Source: Batkoa obscura
Taxonomy: Eukaryota
Length of the DNA: 64,000 nucleotides
Direction: 5' to 3'
Assembly (NCBI GenBank): GCA_030770535.1
Contig: JASVEC010000001.1
Coordinates: forward strand, 1,984,001-2,048,000
Position 1 is the stretch's first letter. The number at the start of each line of letters is the position of its first letter. Below the pieces are notes generated by a model. That model did no database searches, had not been told where the DNA came from, and saw only the letters and a list, made by a program, of their open reading frames with translations. This document shows positions 12,463-25,185 of this stretch, piece after piece. The position numbers and the translations under genes are program-made.

Positions 12463-15400
12463 ATGTCCACAAAGGCTATGGAACCCCAACTTTCACCGTC
12501 TGAAGACAGTATGGCCATTGATATAAGATCGTTGGACGAAAGCGTATCAGGTTATGTTCGCAAGATATTATCAGAGAAAGAAAGTTTAGCCGTTCAAAAC
12601 TCACAACTTTGGAAGATCATTCAAAAACAAAGATTGATCATACAACAACTTCAAAAAACATTGGCTAAAAAAGAAGCGTTAGCTCCAACATTGGGTGAAG
12701 AGATCCCTGAGGAAGAATTGTTTGAAGGAACGTATAAAAACCTTAATGCTTCATCTTCATTGAGGGAGTTCAAAGATTCGGAAAAGGAAAAGAATAAAGT
12801 TCCATCATTAACAAGAAACCTTGTTGCAAGTGTGGTACCAACAGAAACAATTGATTGTTCAGCTACCCCAAAACACAAAGCCAACCGATTAAGAAGTCAA
12901 TCAGTTAATAAAGAACCAAGATTTCTCAAAGAAAATTTTCAAAAACATTCACGTTCCAAAACGGTATTGAATTTTGATAATTGTGGGGAAGGTATAAAAT
13001 TTTACTATATTTTTATTTGTGTTTTGATTTTTAGTTTTGATTAATTTTAGAAGTTCAAAATGTTGAGAATAAAGTAAAGACTCGAGATAAAGTATTTTCA
13101 AGGCAAGGTAAATGTCTTTTCTTTTTGAAAAAATTAAGGTTTTGACTTTTATTAGTCAACCCCTCAGACGTCCCTCCGGAGATTAAACAAAAGAAACAAA
13201 AAGATCTGATAAAGCCTTCACTTACTCCTTTTGAGGAAGAAAGTGAAAAGGATTTGAATGAAAAGAATTTAAACGAAAATCAAATAAATTTCGACATAAA
13301 AGAAAGTAGTAATAATATAACTAATTTGGAACTGGGCAATGGAGAAATTAATTTTAAAGCACACAAAAACTTTAAAAAGTTAAATACGAGGAAAAAAAGA
13401 GATACAATAAAAGACACATTACTAGATTTCTATTTGGAGCCTGAAAGTGAAAATGCTTCTCCAATAACTGATCAATTCCCAGGTAACCCTACAGAAAATG
13501 CAACATTATCAAAGCAAGAGCCAGTCACAAAAAAAGTAAGCTCTGCTTCTATTCGTTCTATGCCTGAACCTTCTGGCGGCAAAGCAATCGAAAGGTCTTT
13601 AACAAGAAAGAGTTCTTTACAAGTTGAATCCCAAAGTCATAAAACTATTGAAAGCGATTCTAATGATGTAAGCACAGGTACTTTTGAGGTAACCCAAATA
13701 GTGGACATTAACGAGGAGAGTGCTCCAAAAGAGAGTAAGGTGATATTTAATACTAATAGCCAAATCACTTCAGTGCAAAATCTAAAATCGCTGGATGGTG
13801 TTGTCGCCCATGTTGTAAGTAGCTCCGTGAGTGTAAACTCCAAAGGGAGAGAAGTACTCTCCTTCAGAATTTTGGTGAATAAAGTAATGGAAAAAGATGA
13901 TGACGATGTAGTAGCCAAATCCAACTCAAAGTCATCTAATCAACCTTTGATTCACCTATGGACAATTGAGAAATTTTTCTCAGATTTTTTAGATTTGGAC
14001 TCTAAGGTAGTATAGATAATATGCTATATATTTGTAATATTTACACCATTTAGTTAAAAACATCCCCAAGCTATACCAAATCTAATGCAATCAAGCTCCC
14101 AGAAAAAAAGTCTTTGAATACTATTTCTCCTTCAAAAATCGACCAAAGAAAAGTAATTTGTAGTTCATAACAATACAATTTTTATCTAATATATGCTAGC
14201 TTGCACTTCAAACTTACTTACAAAGTGCTATTGATACTAATAGACAATTGCCAAACTTTGTTAGCGATTTTATTAACTCGGGTCGAGTCGAAAATATTGA
14301 ATCAAACAAAGTAATAACCTTATAGTTGTTCTCTTATGACTTATAATTTTTTTAGATTAAAGGTATGAAGGAAGGGTATTTAATTAAGAGAGGTAAAAAC
14401 TTTGGAAAATGGAAGAGAAGATATTTTGTTCTCAAATCTAGTATTCTTGAATACTTTGAATCGGTAAATTAATTTTGACTACTGTAGCATTTTAAATTAA
14501 TATTTTTTGAAGAAAAATGGTCAAAGACTTGGATCAATAACATTACAACAAGCTCAAGTTGCTGTTCAGCATACATCAAGCTCCGAATATGAGCCCGATG
14601 CAACCACTTCTGATGCATTTAGACATGCATTTATGATCCTTGAACCTAAGAAAGCTTCTACTACAATGAATAGACATGTCTTATGTGCTGATAGCGACCA
14701 GGAAAGAGATGAATGGGTTGAAGCTATATCTTTTTATCTAAAGAGAGATTTCAGCACCCAGTCCGAGTCAGAACTTTCGCCTATATTAGACATATCTTCA
14801 AATAATAATGCCTCGCTTTCTAGTCTTTCTGAAGCAGTTTCTCCTGAGGAGTCCAATGAAGGTTATTTTAATACAAACTTGTCTCCCACAGCTACTTCTA
14901 TGGCTTCAGCTACTGATCCATCGCAGTCAAATCCAGTTGGTATCCCAAAAGATGTTCCAGAGCAATCTGTATTTAAGAACACCTCCACTTTGCCTACAGT
15001 TGCTAGTCCAACTGAAAAAGCTAAACCTAATGAGTTAGTCATTCCATCAAAATCGAAAAACAGATCAAATTCTAAGGTTAAAACAGAGGCTATAGGGTCG
15101 ATCGTATCTTCAATTATACAGAAGAAAGATGAGAGAGATTCACCAGTTTCAAAAGAGAAAGGGTTTAAACAGTTCTTTTGGAATAAAAAAATGTTTTCAT
15201 CTGAAAATGTAAAGTCAAAAGCTCCACAATTACCAGTGTTTGGAGTGCCATTATCACAAAGCGTATTAGCCTCTAAAGTTTCGGAAGGTTATGAGCTCCC
15301 TTCGGTTGTTTATCGTTGTATACAATACCTCGATGCTAAAGAAGCTCATAAAGAAGAAGGTATTTATCGACTTTCTGGAAGCTCAGCTACGATTAGAACA

Positions 15401-16649
15401 TTAAAAACGAAGTTTGATACCGAAGGGGATTATCCGCTTCTAGATTCAGGCGTCTACTATGATGTCCATGCCGTTGCTGGTTTGCTTAAACTCTATCTCA
15501 GAGAACTTCCCTCCACCGTTTTAACTGCTGAACTCCATCGTGATTTCTTACAAATTACTGGTAATTGCAATTAATATTTACATTCAGAAAATTAAATAAC
15601 TATAACTTTTAGATCTTCTTTCTAGGAAGGAAAGAGTGAGCGAACTTGGGAGATTGATATGTTCTCTTCCTATTGAAAATTATACTTTATTACGAGCCCT
15701 TATAGGACATTTGATGACTGTTATCCAAGATTCAGAAACTAACAAGATGAATATCCGTAATATTGCGATTGTATTTGCACCAACCTTAGGAATACCAGCT
15801 GGTGTTTTTAGTTTATTAATAGCTGAATTCAAATATGTATTTTTTGTCGATTCTGCGGGAAGTGCAGCACCGTTGGAAGTTTCTGAGGATGAAGAATCAA
15901 CTGATATACCTTCAGACTCGATGACCACCAACACCTCCAATTTAGATTATGAATCTAAAAACTCTTCCACGATAGCCCTTCAAAAAGATACGAGTAAAGA
16001 TAGTACTAACATGGTAGGAATTCCAATAAACAATGTGCCTAGATTCCCTGAACATGATAGCTACGAAAACTCATCTAAAAAAAAATCGAATCACCGTAGA
16101 ACGATGTCGGCTGATAATAACGCTGAAATGGCAAAGGTCTTGTACCCTTCACTTCAAAAGGATTCTACTATGGACCATGATAAAGCAATGATGTCTGAAC
16201 CTAACCCATTATTTTCAGAATCATCAGATGTACGACCAACATCAGCCTATAGTGATACTTCTTATTTAGCCCCTGCAGTTGCAAGATCACAAATCCGTAT
16301 TGATACATCTAGGCGTGGATTTACATTTATGGCTCCATTGGAAATCGAAGAAACTGCAGAAACATTAGAAGCTCGAAATAACAATCCAGAAGATTCGCCA
16401 ACTTTACCATCTGAAGAACCTTTTGTTGCGCTATCACCAACTATCAAACTTTTGAAAAAGAAACGCTCTAACAGAAACTCATTAATTTATAAATCTAGCG
16501 CACCGCCAGAATTAGTTCGACTGGAAGAAAGACTTAGAGGTAATATTCAATTTTATTGATCTTGTTTTTTATTTGATTATAATTTTATAGAATCACCTCA
16601 AGTAGAAGACGATTTAATTGAGGATGAAGCTCTCTCGAACGAAATATAA
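12463..16649 (+). CDS. BEM3: PX-PH-RhoGAP protein, Bem3-like (multi-exon)
   Basis: N-terminal coiled coil; PX-like WTIEKFFSDFLDLD; PH motifs KEGYLIKRGKNFGKWKRRYFVL and HVLCADSDQERDEWV; RhoGAP EEGIYRLSGS, VAGLLKLYLRELP and NKMNIRNIAIVFAPTL. Confidence 0.88.
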
Positions 16650-17079
16650 ACTGTAATTAGTGCTTAATTAATAATCCAAGTTGACTTTAGTTAGTAAATG
16701 AAAATATCTAATGTAAAGAGTGATATTTCATTAAATATGTAAAGGTTTAAATAGGATAGCAACTTAAATCTCAACTATTTTTCTACTAATTAAATGATTT
16801 CTTTTTTCCCCTTACGTATACTGTTCGCTAGGAACTATATCTATTTTATTTTTAAACCTTTGATCTATCACAGCTGGTCTAATTTAATTTACTTAAACAG
16901 CTAATAAAATATATCTATTTTTATTTTAATTTATCATAGCTAGTCTAATTTTAGAATTTTTTAAACTAAACAATATTAAAAAGTCATCAACTTTATTTTT
17001 TTAATTAAATCTATCTATGATAAGTATGGGTTTACGTTTGATTGTATGTCAGTATTTGAATCTATTTCTACCTAAAAAC

Positions 17080-18583
17080 TTATTTCTTATTCTTTCCTTT
17101 AAATTTGTTACCACCGCTTTTTGGCTTAAAAGCTTCTTTTTTAGGTTTGATACCCAAGCGTTTATTCTTTTTGGCATCAATACGTTTTTGAAGATTTGCA
17201 GTACGTTTAGATTGTTTTGTTGCCTCATCATCTTTAACTTTAGTCTTACGATCACTCCTAATTTTGATTTAAGTAAGGTTTAACAATATACTTAAATTAA
17301 TATTACCATTCTTTACTACTTTTATTCTTAATTTGTTGTTGTCTCTTTATTGTCTTTTTAAGAAGCTTTGGGTCGTCTTTAACTTTTTCTCCATTTGCCA
17401 ATTGAAGTGCCTTTTTCCAATTGTTTTTTTCAATCAATGCACTGGCCTTTAATTATATTTTAGTTATGGTATAATTCAAAATTTTTGTCTACCTTTTCTT
17501 TATCTTCTTGCATAACCTTTTCTATCTTGCTTTTCTCTGATTCAACCTAAATTGTTATTACTTTGTGCTCTGGTATATACTAGTAATATTACTTTTTGGA
17601 GGAGGTTATGTGCTGTACTTGGGCCTTTTTTCTTATATTGTACTCCTTCAAATTCAAACTTACTAAATGAAATAGGAGCATTCTCTGCAATAGAATCAGC
17701 GGACTTAACTGAACTCTAAATCAAAGTTAATAGCCTCAATATTGATAAGAAAAATTACGTTTTTGAATAATTCAGCCTCATTAACTACAACCTAAACATA
17801 TGGTTTTAATCAACCCATTTTCATTGAATTAAATAACTTACTCTTTCAGGTACAATTGTGGTATTGATCTTTCTTTTTTTATCTTCCTTTTCCTTCTTTT
17901 TGTCTTTAGTTTTTGCTTCTCTTTTCTTTGCCACTTTTTTGGGGTCCTCTGCTTTACGTTCTTGTCTCTTTGACTCGATCATCTTTTTTAATTGTTCACG
18001 TAGCTCCTCCTTTTTTTTAATACCTACAACTGGCAAACCAGTTGTTTCTAAAAATTTATCTAGATATTATATATCATCTGGAAACTATTCTTTACCTTCT
18101 TTTTCATTTTCGTTAAATTCGATTACATCGTTTTCTAGATCCTCATCTTCTTTATCTGACTCTTCTTTTTTTACATCAGCTGTCTTTCTTTTTTTACTTT
18201 TAGCACTATCCTTGTTGTTTTTGTTTTTCTTCTCTTCTTTAGCTGCCTAAACTTTAAGTTAGTATTGTTTTTGTCGAAGAATAGTTCAAAACCTTTTGAG
18301 CATTAGAAGATTTCTTGCTATCTGGTTTAGCATTCTTAGTTTTTTGAGCAAGTTGCTTAGGCGCCTATCTTAATTAGCTTCAATCGAATTAATCATAAAA
18401 AAAATTACAGCAGCGGATTCTCCAGAAGCTCCGAGCTTATAGATATTAGTTGGTATAGCTTCAATCAATCTGTCTATAATAATAGAATCATTTCCTAAGC
18501 GACTCTGAATGGGTTAAACTCAAGTTCTAAATTTTAGTAATCTTGTCACCTACTTCAATCTCCTTTAAAGAATATTGGGCCAT
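17080..18583 (-). CDS. RRP14: Ribosome biogenesis protein Rrp14/SURF6 (multi-exon)
   Basis: N-terminus MAQYSLKEIESRLGNDSIIIDRLIEAIP, Lys/Glu-rich body, and SURF6 C-terminus W-SDRKTKVKDDEATKQSKRTANLQKRIDAKK. Confidence 0.85.
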
Positions 18584-18980
18584 CTTATTTATTAATTACT
18601 GTAAATGTAAGCAAATATACACTAATTTTATTTGAATAAAAAGATAAATTTTTGTCTTCTAGAACTTTTCGTTTTATTTGATTCTAAAGTTCACAAATCA
18701 AATTCCAAATTTTAATTGCTATGGATAAAAAGTAAAAGCTACACTATCATAAAATGTGAATAATAGTAATAAACAATAAAAGTAAAATCATTACTTTGTT
18801 AGACTAATAGTATATATTTCTTACACTAATATAATATTAAAGGCTATTTTATTTTAACTTTTTCATGTTATTTATTATCAAAAGGTATATGTAGTTCATT
18901 ATTTACTTCAATTATAAAATTAAAATTAAAATGATAATTATTCAATAGCAATACTTTATTTTGATTTTATGTTCATCAAT

Positions 18981-21417
18981 TTAAGATTCGTCATCTGAGA
19001 CGTACAGCTCCTTTAGAGCTTCTTTGACGCCAACTGTTTTTCTGACTGTATTTGTACTTGTATTGGCCTTTGAAACAGGGTATGCTGCTTCAGATAAAGG
19101 CACATCTTTGGCTAAAAATCCATCACGTGAAAACAAATCAACGAATTTGTCTTTATCAATAGAAATTACAGGGGGAGTCTTTGACGAGGGACCTTTAAGA
19201 AGGTTATCTTTGGGATCATCATTATGCACAGGAACCCAAGATTTTTCAGGAATTACTGTGCTCTCTTTGTGTAAAAAATCAGGTTGGCTATTGAATACAG
19301 TAGATTTATGACCAAGAGAAATGGATGGCCTTGGATCTATACCTCCCATCAATTCTTTGTTATCAAACATTGTCGCTATAAGGTCCTTATTAAGAGCTAA
19401 TCTCTCATCTCGCTTGACCTCCTTTTTGGTTACTGGCTTAGCATTCTCTAAAACAGCTATATTTCCAAATGGATTGAATTCAGAGGCAAGGTTGTAAACT
19501 GGAAGGTTAGAATTGTTACTTTGAACTGATGCATTTAAGCCAGATTGTTGGCCCCTAAATAAATTACTAGTATTCCCAAGATTGGTGCCAATACTGGAAA
19601 TAGTTGATTGTGAGTTAAAAGCATTCTGTGCTGGTGTAACCTTTTGCCCAAAATTTGTAAGCCCGGTATTTTGTCCAAATAAACCAGTTCCAGGAATTTG
19701 TCCAAGTGTGCTAGTGCCTGTCTTCTGTCCAAACAGACCAATCCCAGTGCTTTGCCCAAGTACGCCAGTACCGGTATTTTGTCCAAGTATGCTAGTGCCT
19801 GTCTTTTGCCCAAATCCACTGGCTGTGGTATTTTGTCCGAAGTTAAACCCAGAGCTTATTGAAGCTTGCCCTAAATTGGCAGCTCCATTGTTTTGCCCAA
19901 AATTAAGGCCAGAGGTTGAAGTTTGACCAAGTGTGTTAGTTCCTGGATTTTGTCCAAAACCTGTAGTTCCAGTACTCTTTCCAAGTAAACTAGTTGCAGT
20001 ATTTTGGCCGAATGAATTATTAGTGCCTGTGTTTTGTCCAAGTCCACTAGCTCCAGCATTTTGACCAAATAAACCAGTTCCAGTACTTTGCCCAAGTACG
20101 CTGGTGCCTGTCTTCTGCCCAAACCCATTAGCTGCAGTATTCTGTCCAAATCCACTGGTTGCAGTGTTTTGGCCAAATCCACCAGCTGTATTACTTTGCC
20201 CAAATCCACTGGTTGCAGTATTCTGCCCGAATCCAGTAGTTCCTGTCTTCTGTCCAAATCCACTGGTTGCAGTATTTTGACCAAATCCACCAGCTGTATT
20301 ACTTTGCCCAAATCCCCCTACTACAGTATTCTGTCCAAAATTAAACCCAGAGCTTGATGTTTGACCAATATTTTTAGCTGCGGTATTTTGTCCAAAATTA
20401 AATCCAGTTGAAGTTTGACCTAAACCCGCGGCTCCAGTGTTTTGCCCAAATGTGCTACTAGCACCAATGGTTTGTCCGAAACCCGAAGTTCCAGTATCTT
20501 GTCCAAAATTAAACCCACTACCTGTTGAAGTTTGGGTTAGGCCTACACTTTGGCTTCTATTGAATCCAGTGCCAGTTGCAGTAACAGTTGAAGTGATAGC
20601 TTTGTTATTTATTTGGTCGCCACGGAAGACATACCCATTTTTGTAATCTACCATTCTTAACTCATCCACTGAATAGCCTTTAAATTCAGGCATCAATTCT
20701 ATTGAAAAATATTTTAATGCTTTCTCTTTTTCCTCACTAGGGATAATATCTACTGAATAATCATATAGTTTTGTTCCATTGTTAGGGTAAGTTACTAATA
20801 TTGTTAGTGCTTGTATAATTTAAAATAAGAATTAAACTCACTATTTTTGTTTTTAAGTTCAGAAAATACACGTCCATTTATATAATCTTGCATTCTCAAT
20901 TCATCCTCTGAAAACTTGAGATATCTTTCTTGAAATATGATTGAAGAAAAGTACATCGTAGAGGCGATAGATAAATCATTGACTTTAAATTCTCTCGAGG
21001 AAGTGCTTTTGTGACCTTCCATCTCAGTTCCGTAACCATTTCCATACCAATCTCCTGTTAAATTAGGGCACTTCGCATATTGAACTAAATTGTTGTTAGA
21101 CATATATTTAAGAATTAAAGACAAAGTATGTTACATTGGTTTACATCAGCATTTTGATTGTAAACTATGAATCATGATAAATTAGTTTGACAGTGTATAA
21201 AATGTTCTAACCTTGATTTTGATTTTGACCTTGGCCTAAAGGATTTGCATTTCCTAAATCTAATTTATGAGTAACAATTATGCTATAATAATAAACTATT
21301 ACTGTTGAAACCAGAAGGCGCCCCAGAAAATCCCCCTGATGCTTAAAATTGTTAATTTTACTCGATTTTATTTAAAAAGTATTTACTTGATCCAAATCTG
21401 TTGTTGTTAGTGAACAT
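18981..21417 (-). CDS. Nup98/Nup116-like FG (GFGQ/GLFGQ) nucleoporin with two GLEBS-like motifs and no C-terminal autoproteolytic domain; 6 exons
   Basis: Exons splice in frame from ATG 21417. GLEBS-like FSEDELRMQDY and YSVDELRMVDY, roughly 30 (G/F/L)GQ repeats, and a post-FG NPFG motif. Confidence 0.85.
19640..20520 (-). repeat. Coding minisatellite of ~27-30-bp units encoding xGFGQNT-type repeats
   Basis: Recurrent ccaaatccac/ttttgtcc units. Near-identical blocks at ~20173 and ~20281 (GGFGQSNTAGGFGQNTATSGFGQ). Confidence 0.85.
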
Positions 21418-22179
21418 TATAGAAATAAAAATTTGATTTTTGAGTGTAGCACTAAAAAAGTAATCATTTTGAGATTGGTCCAATTAAATTAACCTCTAGA
21501 TCTTGATAAATTTTATCAAATAATTCAAAGTTAAAATTTTTATATTTATATTTATTCTTATTGTTACCTCAAGTGTTTCTTTTCATTGAATTCATAACAT
21601 GACATAAAATTTTGTGTCTGTCTATTTTAAAAGATTTAATATTTAAAATCTCGATAACTTATAGCTAAGTAATAAAATTAATTTGATATAAGTTTTAAAG
21701 GGAGTCCCTCCTTATTTTTTACTTTTCTATTTTATTCACATAGTGTTTGAACATTATAGTTAATGTATTTTATTATTTAAGCAAGGCCTCGCAATATATA
21801 ATAAATATTTTTATAAAATAGTTGAAACGAAATTTAATAAAAAAAATCTAAGAGTCTCAAAAACTAATACTACCTTAATTGTCATATTTTATAGGTTATT
21901 AATTTTCTATATAATTACAACTGTTTTAAAAAAATATAGAAAATAAATTAATAAATTTTAACACATGAAACTTAATCCATAAATAAATAAAAATCAAGAT
22001 TTATTATTTTTACAACTACAATTTTAACTATTATTGTATTACAAATTATATAATAGTTAATAGATTTTTTATACTGATATCTTTGAAATTGGTTACAACA
22101 CATTTCCAATTAACCCTGATTATGGTATTGATAGATTTTAGATTTTGATTTTTAAGAATATAATTTAAAAGCTACAGCT

Positions 22180-22189
22180 AGAACGTTCT
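22180..22189. promoter_or_regulatory. Possible heat-shock element (two nGAAn units) upstream of MGE1
   Basis: aGAAcgTTCt about 155 bp upstream of the GrpE ATG. Only two pentamers are present. Confidence 0.3.
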
Positions 22190-22342
22190 GAATTAAGAAA
22201 CCCTGCAAATTACTGCAAAGGAAATCAAGCTCCCATAAATCTTCTTGATTCTGAGCAATTTTAGTTGAGAATAAAATTTTCAAAATTGAATAAAAAGTCA
22301 AATCTAACAAAAACTAAAATAATTTATTTTAGAAAAATAGAA

Positions 22343-23047
22343 ATGAATCACATCAACTTATTATTCCGTCCAATCCTTAAAAAAGGATTGATGCCTTCCG
22401 CCTCATTACGTGCCAATCAATCCCGTAGTATTCAATACTCCAGATTCTTAAAGGCTGAAGAAAATAATGTAAACGGAAAAAAAGCTGAAGAAGCCACTAA
22501 AGAAGAAGCCAAAGAAGGAACATCGGAAAAGGCAGCTGAATTAATCAAAGAAAAAGAAAAACAAATTGCTGAAATTAAGGTAACACAATAGTCATAGCAT
22601 TTCGGTTAAAACTAATCGTAACAGGATCATTACTTAAGAAGTTTAGCTGATATGGAGAATCTTCGTCAACGTACCAAAAAAGATATGGAAAACGCCACCA
22701 ACTTTGCTTTGCAAAAATTTGTTAAAGACTTATTATCCACCGTTGATATTTTAGAAATGGCTTTAAAATCTGTAGGTAAAGAACAAATTGAAAGTTCCAA
22801 GGTTGTTTCTGACTTCCACGTTGGTGTCTCAATGACTCAAACTGAACTTTTAAAGACCTTAAAAAACCATGGTGTATTACCTATTAACCCTGTTGGAGAA
22901 CCTTTCGATCCTAACATGCATCAAGCTCTCTATAAAGCACCAGTTCCAGGAAAAGAGTCTGATACCATCCTCGCTGTTGAAAAAGTAGGTTATACTTTGA
23001 ACGGAAGAGTAATAAGGCCAGCACAAGTTGGTGTTGTAAAGAATTAG
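22343..23047 (+). CDS. MGE1: Mitochondrial GrpE nucleotide exchange factor, 2 exons
   Basis: Arg/Ser-rich presequence; YLRSLADMENLRQRT, FVKDLLSTVD, GEPFDPNMHQA and GYTLNGRVIRPAQVGV. Intron ~22580-22625. Confidence 0.96.
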
Positions 23048-23562
23048 ATATATATAATTAGATCCGAATAGTTGATATAACTTAACTTTTACAGTATATT
23101 TGAGCCATCCTTTACTATTTTTAGTCTAAAAATATTGGTTTGACTTAATACTTTGATATAAAATTAATTACCATGTTTCTTGAATTGAATTATTGATATT
23201 ATGAAAAGTTTGATTTTTTGCTTATTTTGGTTTACTATCACTATAAGTAATTTGGATTATGACGTTTGTTTTATAAGTTATTAAGGATTTTGGATTGTAT
23301 ATTGTCGTCAATTATAATGCTATATACTTCTATATGTTGATAGCCTGTAATTAGGATACCTATCTCTGATCTTTATATTAGTTAATTGAATAAAATCTAT
23401 GCTAATTTTGCTATATTACTACTGTCAATTTCACGCTATTGTTACTATTAATTTCTTATAATTATTAATATGATAAAAATAATTCAAAAACTTGAACATA
23501 AAGTTAAAAATTTTATACAAATAACAAGAGATGCAATAACATAGCTCATGGAATGCTAACGA

Positions 23563-24713
23563 TTATGTTTCTAACTTTGAAATTCTTTCAGTTAATTCAT
23601 CAACTTCATCCTCGTCTTCTTCATCTGATAATATCTCCATATCGGATAAGGATCCTAAAGCGTCAGCTGCATTAATTGTTTCTAATGCTTCTTTGATTTT
23701 CTCTGAAGCTTCGGAATCTTCTTCAAAGTTATTTCCATTAAGTTCGAGCTTCTTCAATTTTGAAAAATATTTTAAACTATCTGCTAATAAAATAGCTCCT
23801 GCATGGTCGATTTCATTATAAGTTAAAATGATTTCTTCAATTTTAGCTGGTCGAGCTTCAGCTAATGCAGTCGCGAGTGCTTTACCACCTTTAGCTTTTA
23901 AAAGACAATCACCCACATTTAATACACGAAGTTTTGGCCAGTTAACGAGAGCAGCTGCAAGCACTTTGGATCCAGCTTCTGTAAAAGTATTGTCTTGTAA
24001 ATCAAAAACTTCAAGGGAAGGAATCTTTGATAAGCCGTTTACAAGGGCAGTAACACCTTCTGGACGAATGCCATTCTGAGGTAAACGTACTTCTACTAAA
24101 GTGGGATGAGCTTGGAAAGCTTTAGCTAAAAGTTCAGATGAACCATTTTCTAAACGATTACGCCCAGCAATGAAAGTCTTTAAAGTGGTAGGCAATTCCT
24201 TGGCTGCTCTTTCTTCAGCAGCTTTGATAAGTGCATGAGCAATAAAAGTTCCACCGCTAACTCCTAAACCATTATTATTGAGTTTAAGGACTTGTAAAGC
24301 TTTGTTATTAACTAAGAAGTTAACTAAAGGTTCAGCACCAGCAGGACCGAAAGCATTATCACTTAAATTCAGTTCAATTAAATGCTCTTTATCTACAATT
24401 GCATCACATATAGCAATTAAAGCAGGAGGAATTTCTGAACGTAAACGTCCAGTAAAAATATCACTAAGATTCAAAACCTTATACAATTAAATTATATAAT
24501 AAAATCAAAATTGTAAAATACCTTAACATATTGTTTAGTCTTTAAAACCTCAGCAAAAGCTTTAGCAGCTTCAACACCAAGCGTATTACCTGAAAGAACG
24601 ATAGTTTCTACTTTTTCAAGTTTGTTTAACTCGTCGAGATGAGGTTGAATAAGCTCAACGTTATCAAATTTTAAGCCTTTTCCTTCGATGCTAAATACAA
24701 ATTGGTTTGTCAT
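23563..24713 (-). CDS. RNA1: Ran GTPase-activating protein (LRR), 2 exons
   Basis: LSGNTLGVEA, DIFTGRLRSEIP, LSDNAFGP, AGRNRLENG, PQNGIRPEG, DLQDNTFT and an acidic tail. Confidence 0.95.
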
Positions 24714-24783
24714 GTTACTATTTAAAAAATAAAAGTGTAAAAAATTTTAAGCGGGCTATTTGTAATGTGGCTACAATTGTCCT

Positions 24784-24827
24784 ATTGGTTTAAAATTTTA
24801 ATATTGGATATGATTACTTTTTATTGG
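24784..24827 (-). promoter_or_regulatory. Three CCAAT boxes spaced ~20 bp apart upstream of RanGAP
   Basis: ATTGG on the + strand at 24784, 24803 and 24823, 70-115 bp upstream of the ATG. Confidence 0.5.
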
Positions 24828-25185
24828 TTCAAAGTTAGTTGCTTCACATAATTAATGTTTGCCGTTTTAAAGATTTTAATTTAATACCATTTGGTACTTG
24901 AAATTTATTAATCGATACTTAAGAGTATTATTCAAAGTGGAGTATCTAAAACTTTAATAAGTTTGATTGAAAAAATCAAAATTTTAAAAAGAGCCACTAT
25001 CTAGTTTTAATGATATATTTCATACAAAAATAAATTTTAGCTTATTTTTTATAAAGATGTGTATCATTTGTACTATAATAGCTTAATACAAAAATAAATT
25101 ACTTTAAGTATATGTGATATTCATATAAATACTTAGAATATACCAAATAATTATCTTTTAATCAAATAATGTTAATCAAACTAAT

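Noticed and set aside
16835..16960. Two imperfect direct repeats (tatatctatttt...tatca.agct.gtctaattt)
   Set aside because: Local tandem duplication in a 3' spacer; only two copies and no sign of function.
17049..17255. ORF-track frame for the RRP14 last exon
   Set aside because: Wrong frame; the spliced SURF6 frame ends at 17080.
19640..20520. CRISPR-like regular repeats
   Set aside because: Coding FG repeats without unique spacers, in a eukaryotic context with no cas genes.
7299..24490. Many antisense or alternate-frame ORFs (e.g. 7299-7685, 12651-12884, 17858-18250, 19582-19926, 19871-20311, 23828-24079)
   Set aside because: Shadows of real genes on the opposite strand or of the repetitive FG array.
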